From Trueperaceae bacterium (GTDB taxonomy: Bacteria > Deinococcota > Deinococci > Deinococcales > Trueperaceae), in the NCBI GenBank assembly GCA_034521815.1, contig JAXHLW010000013.1, forward strand, positions 1,696,001 to 1,760,000: a DNA stretch of 64,000 nt, read 5' to 3'. Shown here piece after piece: positions 62,718 through 64,000 of this stretch. A program made the translations under genes and the position numbers. The notes beneath the pieces were generated by a model that was not told where the DNA came from, ran no database searches, and was given only the letters and a program-made list of their open reading frames with translations. Each line of letters starts with the position of its first letter. The first letter of the stretch is position 1.

Positions 62718-63707
62718 TCAGGACCACCTGAGCTCGTTCATTTCGCGCGCCGTGCGTCGCTCCAGAAGGCGCGCCACCTCGTCGCCGCTCGGAATCGCGC
62801 CGCGGCCCGGCGCGCCGCACGACAGCGCGGCGGCCACCGACGCGTGCCGCGCGCAGGTGTCGGCGTCCGCTCCGGAGGCCAGCGCGGCCGCCCAGACGCC
62901 GTGGAACACGTCGCCGGCACCGGTGGTGTCGCGCACCTCGACCGGCAGCGCCGGCAGGTGACGAAGGCCGTCGCCCGCGTCGTACACCACGCCCTCGTCG
63001 CCCAGCGTGACGGCGACGGTCTGGTCATCGCGCCACCGCAGGGCGGCCAGCGCGGCCTCCGCCATCTCGGACGCGTCCGCGACGTCGCCGCCAGCCGTTC
63101 CGCCAGCGCCGCCGACGGCGGCCCCCGACCGGACCAGCAGCTCCTCCGCCGCCTCGCGGGCGGCGATCACCACGGTCGCGTCCTCGGTGGCGTCCAGGTC
63201 ACGCAGGTTGCCCAGGTCCACGACCGAGGGGACGTTCGCCTCGCGTGCGGCGCGCAGGACCGCGCGCGCCAGCCTGGGATGGCGGAGGTCGGTCAGCACG
63301 GCGTCGACCGAGGCGACCTGCTCGATCGGCCAGGCGTCCGGGTCGTCGTCGAGCCCCTCGCCCCGGTAGGGGAAGATCCAGCGCTCACCGTCGGACCCGA
63401 CCAGCACGGCGCTCACGAAGCTCCGCGAGCCGGCCGGCACGCGCACGCGGCTCACGTCCACGCCTTCGTCCGTCAGCTCCCTCAGCAGCGACCGGCCGGC
63501 ATCGTCGTCGCCGTGGATCGCCCACAGGCGAGCCTCGACCCCGTAGCGAACCGCCGCCACGGCGGCGGTCGCGGCGGGTCCGCCACCGTGCCGGTGATGG
63601 GCGGCGGCGTCGGTGCGCGAGCCCTCGGGCGGGAAGGTCGCGACGTGCCAGACGAGATCGAGGCAGCTGAGCCCGACGGCCAGCAGGACGGGACGCGTTC
63701 GGCTCAC
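62718..63707 (-). CDS. PfkB family sugar kinase, YihV (sulfofructose kinase)-like
   Basis: GGGPAATAAVA, GDDDAG, SAVLVGSDGERWI and DTTGAGDVFHG closely follow the motifs I recall for E. coli YihV. Confidence 0.85.
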   Translation of the reverse strand: MSRTRPVLLAVGLSCLDLVWHVATFPPEGSRTDAAAHHRHGGGPAATAAVAAVRYGVEARLWAIHGDDDAGRSLLRELTDEGVDVSRVRVPAGSRSFVSAVLVGSDGERWIFPYRGEGLDDDPDAWPIEQVASVDAVLTDLRHPRLARAVLRAAREANVPSVVDLGNLRDLDATEDATVVIAAREAAEELLVRSGAAVGGAGGTAGGDVADASEMAEAALAALRWRDDQTVAVTLGDEGVVYDAGDGLRHLPALPVEVRDTTGAGDVFHGVWAAALASGADADTCARHASVAAALSCGAPGRGAIPSGDEVARLLERRTAREMNELRWS

Positions 63708-64000
63708 CGCTTTTCCTCGTCAGGCGGTGGGGCCTGGTCCGGAGCGCGGGACAGGGCGCCGCCCCCGAGCGCGTCAGGGAACGGCCGGTCGCGCATCGCC
63801 CGGACCTCGGTGCCCGCCCAGCCGCACAGCTCGGCCAAGGCGGCACGGTGATCGCCGTGGGCCAGGGCCAGGTGGTGCGGCACGCGCTGCTCGACCAGCT
63901 CGGCCACGAACCGGCGGGCCGGCACCGGCGACGCCGCCCACGCCGGATGCGCCCACCAGCCGCGGACGCCGTCGAACCCTTCTCGGGCGGCGCCGCGGAA
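63704..64000 (-). CDS. C-terminal end of an L-fucose/L-arabinose isomerase-like protein (possible SqvD/SftI-type sulfoquinovose isomerase), truncated by the window edge
   Basis: Frame is open from 64000. GFDGVRGW..RRFVAELVEQRVPHHLALAHGDHRAALAELCGW carries the C-terminal HH..GD motif of this family. Confidence 0.6.
   Translation of the reverse strand, partial: FRGAAREGFDGVRGWWAHPAWAASPVPARRFVAELVEQRVPHHLALAHGDHRAALAELCGWAGTEVRAMRDRPFPDALGGGALSRAPDQAPPPDEEKR

Overview
High-GC bacterial DNA. It is most consistent with Deinococcota (Trueperaceae-like). This is an inference from the BTAD-AAA regulator, signal peptides ending in A-x-A-Q, and TAnnnT -10 boxes sitting just upstream of start codons. 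Many single-base frameshifts look like long-read assembly errors. From left to right the window holds: (1) the end of a Liv-type ABC transporter; (2) a compact locus of two secreted alpha/beta hydrolases, a small secreted two-Cys protein and a SARP/BTAD-AAA-TPR regulator, whose three promoters share an exact SARP-type geometry (heptamer-N4-heptamer-N8-TAnnnT); (3) a methyltransferase and a VOC protein; (4) deoC-GNAT-ALDH16; (5) a GGDEF-double P-loop-TPR diguanylate cyclase; (6) a catabolic cluster of amidohydrolase, D-cysteine desulfhydrase/CuyA-like lyase, racemase, Lrp regulator and family-5 ABC transporter, followed by a membrane spermidine-synthase-like protein; (7) a ~33 kb minus-strand gene (59183 to 26183, about 11,000 aa once frameshifts are corrected) for a giant acidic adhesin with a Sec signal peptide, many cadherin/CSPG/VCBS/Ig repeats and a fused C-terminal beta-barrel-like region ending in Trp, i.e. 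autotransporter-like rather than T1SS-like; (8) the end of a probable hybrid sulfoquinovose (sulfo-EMP-like) operon. I saw no rRNA, tRNA, CRISPR array or mobile element.
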